Made by a program: the position numbers and the translations under genes
The notes under the pieces: model-generated
Told to the model about the DNA's origin: nothing
The model's database searches: none
What the model saw: only the letters and a program-made list of their open reading frames with translations
NCBI GenBank assembly: GCA_963815095.1
Contig: CAWFFH010000003.1
Span: 224,001-288,000, forward strand
Origin: Candidatus Bathyarchaeota archaeon
GTDB lineage: Archaea > Thermoproteota > Bathyarchaeia > Bathyarchaeales > Bathycorpusculaceae
Reading direction: 5' to 3'
DNA length: 64,000 bases
Shown: one piece after another, positions 29,789 through 41,220 of the stretch
Layout of the letters: every line of letters starts with the position of its first letter
Numbering within the stretch: the stretch's first letter is position 1

Positions 29789-30508
29789 ATGGAGCAAAAA
29801 TCAACCCAAGACTACCTCAAAGCCATCTACAACATAGCCAAAAACGGCGACTTAGTCAGCACCACCGAAATCAGCCAAAAACTCAACGTCGCACCCGCCA
29901 GCGTCACAGAAATGCTCAAAAAACTCTCCGACGACAATTACATAAAATATGAACCCTACAAAGGCAGCGCCCTCACCAAAAAAGGGCTCCACGAAGCCCA
30001 GCGAGTCGCCAGAAAACACCGATTGCTCGAAACGTTTCTCGCCGACGTACTCCATATTGGAAAAGACAAAGTTCACAAGGAAGCTTGCCAGCTTGAGCAT
30101 GCCCTATCAGACGAAGCTGAAGAGTCACTCTGCCGTCTGTTGAAGCACCCTGATACTTGCTCGGACGACGGCAAAACCATCCCCGCCTGTGATTTACCGT
30201 TCTCTAACTGTGAAGAATGCATCCAACTTCACAATCAAGGCTTAGAAGAAGTTGGGAAACGAAAAGAAAACCTCGTCGCATTAAGCGAACTGAAGAGGGG
30301 GCAATCAGGTAAAATCTCCTTCATTAGAGGAGGTCATAATGTGCTCCAACGGCTCTTGGATATGGGGTTAACACCTAGTACAAAGATAACTCTGCTGAAA
30401 GCAGCACCGTTTGAGGGGCCTATCGAGATATCAGTGCGGGGCTCAAAATTAGCGTTGGGCAGAGGTATCGCGTCCAAAGTTTTTGTTGAAATTGAACATA
30501 AGATTTGA
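29789..30508 (+). CDS. DtxR/MntR-family metal-dependent regulator with C-terminal FeoA domain
   Basis: [43 protein letters not shown]...RGSKLALGR. Confidence 0.93.
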   Translation: MEQKSTQDYLKAIYNIAKNGDLVSTTEISQKLNVAPASVTEMLKKLSDDNYIKYEPYKGSALTKKGLHEAQRVARKHRLLETFLADVLHIGKDKVHKEACQLEHALSDEAEESLCRLLKHPDTCSDDGKTIPACDLPFSNCEECIQLHNQGLEEVGKRKENLVALSELKRGQSGKISFIRGGHNVLQRLLDMGLTPSTKITLLKAAPFEGPIEISVRGSKLALGRGIASKVFVEIEHKI

Positions 30509-30522
30509 GGAGGCTTCAAACT

Positions 30523-32505
30523 TTGTCATGCCATTCTAATGCTAAGTCAAAAGGGCAAATATGCAAAGGAAGAAACTGTAAGCAACTAACTTTTGCGCTT
30601 GCAGGAAACGCCAACGTCGGCAAAAGTGTAATCTTCAACCAGCTCACCGGGTCTAATCAGATAATCGGTAATTGGCCAGGTAAAACCGTGGATCGGGCAG
30701 AGGGCACATTAAACTATGAAGGCTACGAAATAAAGATTATAGACTTGCCGGGAATCTACTCTTTTTCAACGTTTTCTATGGAAGAAATTGTTTCAAGAGA
30801 TTACATCGCTCTTGAAAAACCTGATGTGGTCATAAACGTTGTTGACGCTTCAGTTTTGGAAAGAAATTTGTTTTTCACTTTGCAGTTGCTTGAAATGCAG
30901 GCTCCTTTGGTTTTATGTGTAAATCAAGTAGATGTTGCAAAAAGCAAAGGGATGATAATTGACAAGGAAAAACTGCAGAAAGCCCTTGGTGTGCCCGTTG
31001 TATTTGTAGTGGCAACACGGGGAGAAGGCATCTATGAACTCATGGGTGAAGCCGTAAATGTTGCCCTATCCAAACCAAAGAACAAGAATCTAAGATACCG
31101 ACGAGATGTGGAAGAGAGCATAACAAAACTAAAGCAGGTTATAGATACAGCCAACCTTTCATTGCAGTATCCCCCTCGTTGGCTAGCAATAAAACTGCTT
31201 GAAGGCGACGGCGAAATCATCAAGGCTGTTTCCACCGAGTCAAGGGAAGTCATCAATTCTGCCTTAGCTATATCGAAGGAAATGTCCAGCAATTGCCAAG
31301 AAGCGTGCTTCTCAGCTATCGCTTCTGAACGGTATGCGCTTGCAAGTTCCATCGCTGCTTCTGCTCTTCAGCAAAGTGAAGTAAAGAGCACTTTCTCTGA
31401 AAAACTTGAATGGATAACAACTCACAGGGTACTGGGATACTTTACATCTGTGGGAATAATTGCTGGGTTACTGCTTTGGACATTTTTCATAGGGAATGAA
31501 CTGTCTAATTTGATTTCAAGTGGCTTAAGTTTCATTAAACCAATTGACCCAGCTTTATCTACTTCTCAACCAATTCTGTCGATTATTTTGAACGGTGTTT
31601 GGGGTGGATTCAATGCTGGGTTAACCCTGATTATTCCCTTCGTTATCCCGTTTTACCTATTACTGGCTTTTGTTGAGAACTCAGGTGTCCTTACCCGTGT
31701 AGCTTTCGTGATGGATAGTGCCATGCACAAAATGGGCTTACACGGCAAAGCCTTAATCCCTATAATTTTGGGATATGGCTGTAACGTGCCTGCGATTCAA
31801 GCTTGCAAAATCATGGAGACGCGACGCGAGCGGCTTTTAGCTGCCTTCGCCATCACTTTCGCCCCTTGTTCAGCCAGAACTATCGTGCTCTTTGGTATGG
31901 TAGGATTGTTTGTTGGCATTCAGTGGGCGTTGTTGCTCTATGTGGTTGATGTGGTAGTTATCTTTGCTTTAGGCAGAGTCGCTATGAAAGTGATTCCAGG
32001 CAAATCGACAGGGTTGATTATGGAGATGAGCAGCTTCAAGGTGCCCTCGCTTAAAGTTATACTTAAGCAAACTTGGGCAAGAACCAAATCAATCATCTAC
32101 ATAGTGTTTCCCATCTATATCGTTGGCAGCGCCCTGCTTCAAGCCCTTTACGTTTACAACGTATTGACGCCTGTCAGCAATGCGCTCTCGCCATTGACAG
32201 TTTGGTGGCTTGGCTTACCTGCGGCTGCAGGAGTCCTCCTCATATTAGGTACTGTTCGCAAAGAATTCGTGCTACTTGGCGCTGTAGCAATTTTTGGCAC
32301 AACCAACTTGGCTCTATACTTCTCTCCTGTACAGTTTGTAATTATGGCTTTAGTTTCGATGCTCTATATTCCCTGCGTGTCGACAGTGGCGATTTTGGCA
32401 AAAGAATTCGGTTGGAAAGCTGCAACATACATATCATTGGCAAATATAGCAGCGGCGTTGTTGATTGGTGGCTTAGCATTTAGACTACTAACGCTATTTG
32501 TCTAA
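30523..32505 (+). CDS. feoB: Ferrous iron transporter B
   Basis: [46 protein letters not shown] at 30523 follows GAGGAGG. Confidence 0.96.
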   Translation: MSCHSNAKSKGQICKGRNCKQLTFALAGNANVGKSVIFNQLTGSNQIIGNWPGKTVDRAEGTLNYEGYEIKIIDLPGIYSFSTFSMEEIVSRDYIALEKPDVVINVVDASVLERNLFFTLQLLEMQAPLVLCVNQVDVAKSKGMIIDKEKLQKALGVPVVFVVATRGEGIYELMGEAVNVALSKPKNKNLRYRRDVEESITKLKQVIDTANLSLQYPPRWLAIKLLEGDGEIIKAVSTESREVINSALAISKEMSSNCQEACFSAIASERYALASSIAASALQQSEVKSTFSEKLEWITTHRVLGYFTSVGIIAGLLLWTFFIGNELSNLISSGLSFIKPIDPALSTSQPILSIILNGVWGGFNAGLTLIIPFVIPFYLLLAFVENSGVLTRVAFVMDSAMHKMGLHGKALIPIILGYGCNVPAIQACKIMETRRERLLAAFAITFAPCSARTIVLFGMVGLFVGIQWALLLYVVDVVVIFALGRVAMKVIPGKSTGLIMEMSSFKVPSLKVILKQTWARTKSIIYIVFPIYIVGSALLQALYVYNVLTPVSNALSPLTVWWLGLPAAAGVLLILGTVRKEFVLLGAVAIFGTTNLALYFSPVQFVIMALVSMLYIPCVSTVAILAKEFGWKAATYISLANIAAALLIGGLAFRLLTLFV

Positions 32506-32515
32506 AATTTTTTCT

Positions 32516-32920
32516 TTAGATTAAGTACATTAATACGTAGACTATTTCTCCTGAGAGAAAGGCAAACCACCATATTGGGAAGAGAACCTTTGCAAGTTTG
32601 CCGTGCCACTTGTTTGATGTTTTCAGCCGAACTTGTAAAATTCCGAGGGCGAGAACTGCAATTTCCAAGGCCATTACTATAACTGCGATTGCACCGTGGA
32701 TTCCAAAATAAACTGTTAAAATTGGGGTCAAAGTTATTGTTACTGTGCGGAGCAGCATGTATCCGATGGACAGTGATAAGTCCCATACGATTGCTATTGC
32801 GCCTGTGACTGGATGGATCCTTTTTTTGCCTCTTCCGCTGAGGTAAGCGTGGATGAAGAGGAAGGCTACTGGGATTAAGCCTACGGCAACTATTGTGCTT
32901 TCAAGTGGAGCGGTTGTCAT
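32516..32920 (-). CDS. Four-TM membrane protein with His residues (DUF420-like)
   Basis: Hydrophobic helices with H in RIH, IHG and WHG. Confidence 0.6.
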   Translation of the reverse strand: MTTAPLESTIVAVGLIPVAFLFIHAYLSGRGKKRIHPVTGAIAIVWDLSLSIGYMLLRTVTITLTPILTVYFGIHGAIAVIVMALEIAVLALGILQVRLKTSNKWHGKLAKVLFPIWWFAFLSGEIVYVLMYLI

Positions 32921-32962
32921 GGTTTTTGCCTTGTGCTGCTATGGGGAGTTTGCGGTTGCTAA

Positions 32963-33778
32963 TTAAGTTGACGACGTATTTTGTTGACTTTGGGTTGGAG
33001 TTTGATTTATTTTAGCTATCGCCACCGCGCCCGAGAGGACGCTATTGTTTAGGAACTTTATCTCCTTTCCCGAATCCAAAAGTACCGTTGTGTGAAGACC
33101 CGTTAACTCCTTAACAGCGCCTTGCTCATTGAGGTAAGATGTGATTACTCGGTCGCCTACAGTATAATGTAGCCTGCTTTCAAATGTAGATTCAGGTTTT
33201 TTCACTGCCGTTATAATAACTCCCCCTGAAGCGACGGCACTGTTCGGGATAGTAATTTGCCCCACATCAGTTCTTATCCGCATGACGAGTGCGGTCATGT
33301 CGATGAGTTTTCCAGGCACATTGTTAACCATGACGTCCTCACCAATTTTGAATTGGTAGGTGGTAAAAACTAGCGCGCCAGAGAGCAACCCACCAACGAA
33401 GGTGGAGATTACTAAGCCAACTGTTATGGAGATTATGCCTGCGCTAGTCAGAAGGGTCGAAAGTGAGACACTAAAGTAGCCCAAGATTATGAAAGTCATT
33501 ATGAGGATAGCTACTCCCATAGAGAGAAACTGTAGTATCGTCGCTACTTGGAGTCCTATTCGCGGCGTTAAGAGCGTTTTTATCCGACGTAAAAAAAATA
33601 TGGCTGCTATTGTAAAGATGAAGACTAAGGATATTTCTACTAATCGTTGAAAGAAATTAGGCAGATTAGTGGGTCCAGCTACAAAAAGCTCAAACAGTAA
33701 GATGGTGATTGCTGCTAAGACTACGATGAAGATTAGGAATGCTATCAGTTTTTTAAGAGAACCCAAGACGCCTGCCAA
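32963..33778 (-). CDS. MscS-family mechanosensitive channel
   Basis: TMs, LLSG..., FKIGE.V, G...D, ITIPNS, duplicated beta domain. Confidence 0.8.
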   Translation of the reverse strand: MAGVLGSLKKLIAFLIFIVVLAAITILLFELFVAGPTNLPNFFQRLVEISLVFIFTIAAIFFLRRIKTLLTPRIGLQVATILQFLSMGVAILIMTFIILGYFSVSLSTLLTSAGIISITVGLVISTFVGGLLSGALVFTTYQFKIGEDVMVNNVPGKLIDMTALVMRIRTDVGQITIPNSAVASGGVIITAVKKPESTFESRLHYTVGDRVITSYLNEQGAVKELTGLHTTVLLDSGKEIKFLNNSVLSGAVAIAKINQTPTQSQQNTSST

Positions 33779-33876
33779 AGCGGATTATCTTCCTTAGTCT
33801 CAATATTAGGTAAGGGTGTTTCTAAGGTTTTCCTCAAGCAGGAACTATTATATTGAATGTTAGTTTAGACTTTGTT

Positions 33877-33996
33877 ATGAGTTACAAAGCTCCGCATTGT
33901 CCTTGCCCAAAGAAAACTTGCCCTCGCCATGGCAACTGCCAAGAATGTGTAAATCATCATAAAGAAAAAAATGAGATGCCCTATTGTGCAAGGTAA
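33877..33996 (+). CDS. 39-aa Cys/His-rich metal-binding peptide (not in ORF track)
   Basis: MSYKAPHCPCPKKTCPRHGNCQECVNHHKEKNEMPYCAR; TATA-like TTATAT upstream; next ORF starts 5 nt later. Confidence 0.7.
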   Translation: MSYKAPHCPCPKKTCPRHGNCQECVNHHKEKNEMPYCAR

Positions 33997-34001
33997 TTTG
34001 A

Positions 34002-34244
34002 TTGGCTAAATGGTTAGATGGCGAAGCGCAGAAGAAGCGGGAAAAAATCCAAGCGCACTTTTGGAAAATAGTTGGGTCAGTTGAACACATTAACATACCA
34101 AAGTTAGAAGATGCTGTCAAAAAAGAATTCAACACAACCGACGATAGGTTTGTTCAAATGCAAATTAGGCTTATGCAAACGGAATCGAGGGTTAGAGTGC
34201 AAAGCAAGGTTAAAGTGTGGATTAAACAGCCAAATTCTCCTTGA
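34002..34244 (+). CDS. Small basic hypothetical protein
   Basis: 80-aa ORF apparently co-transcribed with 33877..33996. Confidence 0.55.
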   Translation: MAKWLDGEAQKKREKIQAHFWKIVGSVEHINIPKLEDAVKKEFNTTDDRFVQMQIRLMQTESRVRVQSKVKVWIKQPNSP

Positions 34245-34341
34245 TTATGGGTGATTTGCGGCAGATATCACAACATTTTAGTGCAAATTACAAAACACTT
34301 AAATTAGCAGATGTTCGCTCTCTTCCATAAGGTAATATGGA

Positions 34342-34923
34342 ATGCAGGCTATCGGAATACTCTTGATACTAATCAGCATAGGAACTATTCTTGGACCCGT
34401 CGGCGCCGTTGTAGTTATTTACCGTAATGATTTAACCCAACTTGTCATTACTCCCCAAATCAGAGACATAATGAACGGCGACAGCAGCATCATTCCAATT
34501 AACCACAACTCAAACGACAACAGCAACTCAGGAGTAGGCGGATTAATGAGCCCCGTGCTTATCAGCACACGAATCAACATAGAAACTTACACCCTCACTG
34601 CTATCTTTAACGTAACTAATACCCTCAATTATGATTTGACACTGAACAGTTTTAGCACCGATGTAGAAATCACTGGGGACCACATTCAGGCTGGCTCTAT
34701 AGGCCTCAGCAACCCAGTTATGGTAGATGCCGGTGAAACTTCACAATTGACCCTTTCAGGCTCTTGGACTCAAGCTGTTCAAGACTATATAACAAATAAT
34801 TATTCAAGCACCTCATCCGTAGAAGTCTACATACTCAATGCCGAAGTAAATGTAAATGGCATAACAATTCAATCCAGCGGAACAATTGATGTTGGCAACA
34901 TCCCCTTTAGCATTGTAGGTTGA
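34342..34923 (+). CDS. Membrane-anchored beta-sandwich protein (LEA_2-like)
   Basis: TM, then FNVTNTLNYDLTL pattern. Confidence 0.6.
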   Translation: MQAIGILLILISIGTILGPVGAVVVIYRNDLTQLVITPQIRDIMNGDSSIIPINHNSNDNSNSGVGGLMSPVLISTRINIETYTLTAIFNVTNTLNYDLTLNSFSTDVEITGDHIQAGSIGLSNPVMVDAGETSQLTLSGSWTQAVQDYITNNYSSTSSVEVYILNAEVNVNGITIQSSGTIDVGNIPFSIVG

Positions 34924-34927
34924 TGTT

Positions 34928-35521
34928 ATGCAAAATAGAATTAACATCATCGGTTTGGTTGCTGGAATATCCACTCTTCTATTAATCGCTATCTCAATAT
35001 TTGTTCCTTGGTGGCAATTCAGTGTAGGAAAGCCCTTTATTGCCTCAGTTAACGTGTCCCCGGTTAACTGGAACATTGCACTCTTAGGCAACTCGATTAC
35101 GATTCCGCTTGTTTTTGCATTGAATTTAGCTAGTGCATTAACCCTATTGTCTGGAGGCATAATTATGATGATCTACTCTCTGAAACCCAACAAATCATAT
35201 TCAAAAAAGCTACTTGGGTTCGCATACAAAAAACCCCTGTACGCAGTGATAATATTTGTAGTTACATTAATAGCGATGAGCTTCATAGTTCAAGGTTTTT
35301 CAGGGTTTGCTTTTCCATTAATGGGTTCAAGTGTAATGTCGCTTCCGGGAAATTTAGTGCCTAATGGAACAAATGTCAGCGTTTACGTTTCAGCAGCTTT
35401 CGGTTGGCCGTTCTATTTTGCTATTGTTGTCGCTGGATTATGCATTGTCGCGAGGGTTTACCACAGAAAAGTCGAAACTGCAAACACGGAACTGCCACTC
35501 CCACCTCCTCCTAAACAATAA
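34928..35521 (+). CDS. Four-TM membrane protein
   Basis: Hydrophobic helices, PWW motif, Pro-rich tail. Confidence 0.65.
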   Translation: MQNRINIIGLVAGISTLLLIAISIFVPWWQFSVGKPFIASVNVSPVNWNIALLGNSITIPLVFALNLASALTLLSGGIIMMIYSLKPNKSYSKKLLGFAYKKPLYAVIIFVVTLIAMSFIVQGFSGFAFPLMGSSVMSLPGNLVPNGTNVSVYVSAAFGWPFYFAIVVAGLCIVARVYHRKVETANTELPLPPPPKQ

Positions 35522-35679
35522 ATTGAATTTTAGAAAAGGTGTTGAAAGCATCAGTATTACCTATTTCTTGATTCAAATTAACAATTTATTGCTGGAAATT
35601 CCTTCTATATCCTAATTTGTTCATTGACTGTTTTGAAAAAGTATTAGTTAAAGCACTTCATTGCTCTATTTTGATTAAA

Positions 35680-36202
35680 ATGAGCAGCCCAAATTTTCTG
35701 TTTGAAGTCAACGATTTGGTTATGAAAAAGAAAATCCTCTCTGTTCGAGAGCACTATGACTTTGAGGACGTGAACGGCGCAAAATTAGGTGAGGCTGACG
35801 GCGCCATTATTCAGGTTCCACCCAAATTTGTAGTTGTCGACAATCATGGTCAAAAGTTGATGCATCTTGAAGGAAAAATGCTCTCATTCCGAAGTCAATT
35901 CACTTTTTACGACAATCAGAGTGCTGAACTTGGAACCATAAGAAAGAAGATTGTCGAGTTGGTTGGAGAAGAATATTGGGTAGAAAAGAACGGGTTTGAA
36001 TTCATGCGCATTTATGGAGACTTCACTGAACATGATTACCAGATGGAAGTTAACGGCGCTCCAGTTGCTTCTATTCACAAGAAATGGGTTTCATTGCGCG
36101 ACCAAATAGGAATCTCTATTAACGGGAGCGGTGGACCATCGTGTAGTCGTTGGAGCGGTAGTTGTCATCGAGTACATAGAGGTCACGGGAAGGCAAAGAT
36201 AA
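35680..36202 (+). pseudogene. LURP-one-like (scramblase/tubby-fold) protein with frameshift near 36125
   Basis: KKILS.R..Y, G.I.KK, GDF..HDY, VASIHKKW.S.RD. The C-terminal helix VDHRVVVGAVVVIE is in a shifted frame ending at 36202. Confidence 0.75.
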
Positions 36203-36248
36203 TTCATAACAGCAGCAATTACAAACAAAAATATGAGACAGTTAAAAA

Positions 36249-36488
36249 TTATTTGATTATTTCACCGATAGCTAACTTTTCGCCCACTTGGACAATTTTA
36301 ACTTTAACGCGGTCCCGGGGCTTAGCTTTTGGAACCTGAATAAGATAGCCTCGAATATTAGACACACCATCTCCATTTGGACTCAAACCGTTAATGTTTA
36401 CGTCTAATTCGTCTCCTAACTCGACGGGACATTTCTTCTCAACATGTTTAATTTTAAATTTCCCGCCTCGAACTCTTCTATGAACCAA
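36249..36488 (-). CDS. Single-domain TRAM protein
   Basis: PVE.G.E.DV.I...S..GDGV....G..I.VP......VKVKI. Confidence 0.85.
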   Translation of the reverse strand: MVHRRVRGGKFKIKHVEKKCPVELGDELDVNINGLSPNGDGVSNIRGYLIQVPKAKPRDRVKVKIVQVGEKLAIGEIIK

Positions 36489-36697
36489 TGTAAAACCTCG
36501 CGTTATTTTATGTTTAAATGGAGATATAGGGCTTAAGTCTTCCGTAAATTCTTACAGTTTTCCACAAAGGTTTGAGTTTGTTTTTCAAAAAGAATATACC
36601 CAGGAAAATAATTATTTGTGGTAGTGAGCGGTTTCTTGAGAGCAAAATTTCTTGAACCTAACTCTATGGATCAAAAATCTTTGGTGCTGAAAATTCA

Positions 36698-37893
36698 ATG
36701 GTGTTCGATACCTACCGCAGATTACCCAAAGAGGCCAAATACCTAATTTACTCAGCCATCCTGCCCTTCATTGCATACTGCATGTTCTACACCGACCTCT
36801 CCTTCTTCCTCACTTCAGTCCAAGGTTTACCATCCCTATAATGGGGTTGATAGTAACCGTTATGGGTGTGGCAACTTTTGCCGCGAGCATTCCATTGGGG
36901 ATAGTTGCGGACAAATATGGCCGCAAAAGGCTCCATATAGCCGGCAACATAATTGCAAGCGCCATAATTACTGTTTTTGCTCTTACAACCAACATCGCTT
37001 TTTTGTTGATTGCTGCCGTTGTAGAGGGGATAGTTGAGGCGGCGTTTGCGGCTTCGGCGAATGCGTTACTTGCAGAGAAAGCTGAAGAAAAGCGGAGAAC
37101 CGATGCATATTCGCTGTTTGGGTTTGCACAAAGCGCTGCGTTTGGGGTGGGTAGCTTATTGATTCCTCTGGTGATGATTTTTGAGACTGTTGGCTTCAAC
37201 AACAAAGAGGGGCACGTTTTGCTTTACGTTGTTTTGGCGGTTCTTAGTTTGTCCTCAACGCTGTTTATGCTTCGGATAAGTGAACCGCAAAGGGAGAAGA
37301 GGCATGGCGTTAATTGGAAAAAGATGCTTCCTCACAAATCGAAAGACCCCTTGGTAAGGTACGTTATTTCGAGTGGGTTGATTGCTTTTGGTGCGGGGTT
37401 GGTGGTTCCGTTGATGGCGGCTTGGTTTGGGTTGAAATTTGGCATCAGCGACGCAGTGAGCGGACCCATATTGGGTTTATCAAGTATAGTGACAGGTGTA
37501 GCCACGTTGGCTGGGCCTTCGCTTGCCAAGAGACTAGGTTTAGTTAAAGCTATCACTGTCACACAGGGTTTCTCAACGTTGTTTATGTTTTTGGTTCCTT
37601 TGTCGTCTGGCTACGTTTCAGCTGGTTTCGCGTATGCAACTCGAAGCTTTTTGATAAACATGGCAACTCCGCTTGAGCAGTCGGTGATTATGGGTATAGT
37701 TGTTGAGGATGAACGAGGCGCTGCATCAGGCGTGAATTCAGCAGTCTGGAGTTTACCGAATGCTTTGAGCAGTTTCGTTGGCGCGTATTTGATGGCTTTG
37801 GGGTTTTTGGCAGCTCCCTTCTTTCTTTCAGGTATATTCTCTATCGTTTCTATTGCATTGTTCTGGTATTTCTTCCGAAAAATAATAGGTTAA
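36698..37893 (+). pseudogene. MFS transporter with a 1-nt frameshift near 36838
   Basis: G..ADKYGRK motif in 36841..37893. The first TM (MVFDTYRRLPKEAKYLIYSAILPF...) lies in another frame ending QGLPSL*. Confidence 0.75.
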
Positions 37894-38204
37894 AACGCAA
37901 AAAAAGGGGCAACTCCTATATGTCAGGTGGAAGTTTGAATAGCACAGATCGATATGAACCCAGAAAATTATAAATCGATAAGAAACAAGCCAAAACGCAC
38001 CGAGGTCATCAGCAAAGCCAAAAAACGAATGCTTGCAAAAGTTAAATTGTCTTCAACTTCTACCCCAAAGCTGCGATCTATCTACAATACAAAAACTGAA
38101 TGGGCAACAAAACTTCTTCCTAAAGTAAAAGAATAGATTAAGCGGGCAAACAAACAGGAAATCTTTTTTAATAATCATTCTTTTCAAAGATACAGTGAAT
38201 TTAC

Positions 38205-38438
38205 ATGACTGAATCAATCAAAAAAAGAGTACAAGAAGCTCTTGACGAAATAAGACCTCAAATCCAACTTGACGGCGGAGACGTCGAACTAGTTGCAGTT
38301 GAAGGATCAACCGTGAAAGTCCGCTTAGTTGGACACTGCGCAGGTTGCCCAATGTCAGCTATGACACTTAAAAATGGTGTCGAAGCAGTCATCAAGGAAC
38401 GCGTTCCAGAGATTCAGAAGGTTGAAGCGGTTCAATAA
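38205..38438 (+). CDS. NifU/NfuA C-terminal domain Fe-S carrier
   Basis: IRP.IQ.DGGDVELV...L.G.CAGCPMS.MTLK.GVE. Confidence 0.93.
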   Translation: MTESIKKRVQEALDEIRPQIQLDGGDVELVAVEGSTVKVRLVGHCAGCPMSAMTLKNGVEAVIKERVPEIQKVEAVQ

Positions 38439-38746
38439 GTCAGATCGCTTAATCTACAATTAAATTTTCTTGATTAGTCCAACTAAAAATTTTTTTCTTT
38501 TTGGATTTAGAATTCAAATGGCTTACTTGTTTGAACTGACTAAGTTTAACTTACGTTATCTCAAATAACAAATTTTGGATTTTGGAAAAATCGGTATCTG
38601 TACCTGTAACTTTTCGTTACCTCAGTTTCTTTTTTTTGCGGCAAAATGGTATTGTAAGCACAATGTACTCTGAAAATTGGTTGCAGAAATTAACAGCAGT
38701 CTAATAAGCACAATCCAACCAATCAGTTGGCTAAGGAGATCGACAT

Positions 38747-40171
38747 TTGAAAGTCCTGTTCATTGAGCCGCCTAAAGACATATGGTTTGTCATGGGCGAA
38801 TATTTGCCGCCTCCTTACGGCATAATTCAACTCGCTGCCTATTTGGAAAAAGAAAACAAAAATGTCCAACTAGAAATTCTTGATTGCAACGCGGAGAAAG
38901 TCGATTGGAAACAGATGAAGGAGCGCATTGTTGCTTCAAACCCTGATATGGTGGCTTGTGCTTCTCTTGCTACATGCAATACCTATGCCGTCGCAAAAAC
39001 TCTTCAAATAGCTAAACACATGGCACCAAAAGCTGTCACAGTTACAGGAGGGCAGCACTTCACCGCAACAGCCCAAGATAGCCTACAACTTTATCCAGAA
39101 ATCGATTTCATCATTCGCAACGAGGGAGAACAAACTTTAAGTGAATTGATAAAAGCCCGCCAACAGGGAAGGGATTTCCAAAAAATTGATGGCATCTCAT
39201 TTAGGAGCGGCGAAAAGGTCATACATAACCCATCTAGACCTTTGATAAGTAACTTAGAGGATTTGCCTTTTCCAGGCTACCATCTTGTTAGAGACAACAT
39301 GCCAAAATACCATTTCTCTGTCATGTCGGGCAAAAGGGCACCGTACGCACTTATTGAGGGCGCACGTGGCTGCAATCACCAATGCACTTTTTGTACACAA
39401 TGGCGTCATTGGCAAGCCTGCTGGCGACTCAAACCAGCGAAGCGCATTGCAGAAGAAATGGCATATTGTAGCCGGGAGTTTGGAAGCGAGATGATTTGGC
39501 TAACCGACGATAACTTTGGGTCTGGGCAGCGCCCAAGGGAAATTGCTGAGGAAATCATATCTAAACAGCTACCTGATGATGTGTCGTGGTTTGTTCAGGC
39601 AAGGTGCGATGACATTATTCGCAATAAAGATGTTCTGCCCAGATTGGCTAAGTCAGGGTTAAGCTGGGTGCTGCTTGGTGTCGAGAATTCGAGTCTTGCT
39701 ACATTGGACTATTTTAAGAAAGGCATAACGCCCAATGAAGCAAAGACGGCGGTGCGGCAACTGCAAGACAATGGCATAATGGCTCACGCCATGGTCATCA
39801 TTGGCAATAGAAAAGAAACTCACCAATCCATCCTTCAGCTCCGAGAGTTCGCCAACGATTTAGACCCCGATTTCCTTATGTTCGGCATATTAACACCGTT
39901 TCCTGGAACAGAAGTCTACTCCGAAGCAGAACGCAACGGGTGGATAGAAGATCGTAACTGGAACCACTACGACATGATTCATGCCATCATGCCAACTGAA
40001 ACGCTATCTACCCATCAAATACAAGAGGAACTTTATGGCTGCTACCGCGACTTCTATGGATCCTGGAATAGACGATTCCATGGACTTTTCTCAAGCAATC
40101 CCATGAAGCGACGCACCTTCAGGCACATGGTAACATGGGGAGTGCTTGGCAAAATTAAATCGATGTTCTAG
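38747..40171 (+). CDS. B12-binding radical SAM protein
   Basis: PPYG...LAAYL, GGQH.T, EGE, RGCNHQCTFC, DDNF, LGVE, TPFPGT. Confidence 0.92.
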   Translation: MKVLFIEPPKDIWFVMGEYLPPPYGIIQLAAYLEKENKNVQLEILDCNAEKVDWKQMKERIVASNPDMVACASLATCNTYAVAKTLQIAKHMAPKAVTVTGGQHFTATAQDSLQLYPEIDFIIRNEGEQTLSELIKARQQGRDFQKIDGISFRSGEKVIHNPSRPLISNLEDLPFPGYHLVRDNMPKYHFSVMSGKRAPYALIEGARGCNHQCTFCTQWRHWQACWRLKPAKRIAEEMAYCSREFGSEMIWLTDDNFGSGQRPREIAEEIISKQLPDDVSWFVQARCDDIIRNKDVLPRLAKSGLSWVLLGVENSSLATLDYFKKGITPNEAKTAVRQLQDNGIMAHAMVIIGNRKETHQSILQLREFANDLDPDFLMFGILTPFPGTEVYSEAERNGWIEDRNWNHYDMIHAIMPTETLSTHQIQEELYGCYRDFYGSWNRRFHGLFSSNPMKRRTFRHMVTWGVLGKIKSMF

Positions 40172-40180
40172 GCGAAAACA

Positions 40181-40873
40181 ATGTCGAACCATGAAATCTC
40201 CAAGTTTTTTCTGCTGTTCTTGGTGGCTGTTGCAGTTTTCGGGTTGGCGCTGGTCCCGCTTCTTTTGCTTCAGCCAAACCTGCAAGGCGACCAGTCATCC
40301 CTCCGGCGCCCTCTCATAAGCGTTGTATACTCAGTTATCTGCATTGGAGGCGTAGTTGCAGTGTTTTATCCTGGCAAATGCCGCTTGATGTTCCAAAAAC
40401 CTACAGTCTCTTACAATCCTAACGAAAAGTCTGCTTCACCTATACAGATTAAAGGGCACCATCCAGAGTGTGAAAACTTCTCAGCTAATCGTTTCACAAT
40501 AAGAGGTTCGGTTTTTTGCGCTGCTTGCAGTGGCTTATTGATAGGGGCAATTGCCGCAATAGCGGGAATAGCTATGTTTTCTTTAGGCTCTTTTGACTTG
40601 GGAAATGGAAGCCTATGGTTTCTAGTTGCTGGGGAAGTTTTGATGATTATTGGATTAGCTCAAATAAAAATTAGTGGTTTGTTCAAGCTGGCGGTTAATG
40701 CTTTGTTTGTGATTGGGTCGTTTTTAACTTTGGTTGAGGCGGATTTGGTTGGGCAGAGTTTCTTGGTTGATAGCTATGTGCTTGGATTAATTGTTTTTAT
40801 GTTGTGGTTTAGGATTTTGCTCTCAGAATGGAATAATAAACAAACTTGTGAGGCTTGTGAACGTTGCGTTTAG
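40181..40873 (+). CDS. Multi-TM protein with Cys/His clusters
   Basis: GHHPEC, FCAAC, C-terminal CEAC..C. Confidence 0.65.
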   Translation: MSNHEISKFFLLFLVAVAVFGLALVPLLLLQPNLQGDQSSLRRPLISVVYSVICIGGVVAVFYPGKCRLMFQKPTVSYNPNEKSASPIQIKGHHPECENFSANRFTIRGSVFCAACSGLLIGAIAAIAGIAMFSLGSFDLGNGSLWFLVAGEVLMIIGLAQIKISGLFKLAVNALFVIGSFLTLVEADLVGQSFLVDSYVLGLIVFMLWFRILLSEWNNKQTCEACERCV

Positions 40874-41220
40874 GCTGGGGGGTTTGGAGGGGCGCTATAT
40901 CGTCTGCGTCTTCCGAAAAGCGCTCCTAACACGATGAGCACGCCGAAGATGATTATTATGAATGGCCACAAATCTATCCATATGCCATAAGTGGCTTGTA
41001 AGAACAAGGCTAACCCCGCAAGGACTATAATGATACCTATAATGACGCCTACAATCATGCCACCGTTTGGCAAGCCGAAGCATTCGTTTTCCATTCTGCG
41101 GTAGTGCTCTCGGTCGCTTCCAGGGTAACGTTGACCTACAGTGTAGAGGGGTGCACCGCAGTTTGTGCAGTTGTTGTTGGTATCTGGGTTTTGGGTACCA
41201 CATTTGCTACAATAAACCAT
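40870..41220 (-). CDS. Zinc-ribbon two-TM protein
   Basis: YCSKCG..N.....C.NCGA followed by two TMs. Confidence 0.75.
   Translation of the reverse strand: MVYCSKCGTQNPDTNNNCTNCGAPLYTVGQRYPGSDREHYRRMENECFGLPNGGMIVGVIIGIIIVLAGLALFLQATYGIWIDLWPFIIIIFGVLIVLGALFGRRRRYSAPPNPPA

Noticed and set aside
37954-38136. 60-aa basic ORF, and a possible C/D-box RNA on the minus strand
   Set aside because: No RBS or family motif for the ORF; box spacing is too long and no guide complementarity is evident.
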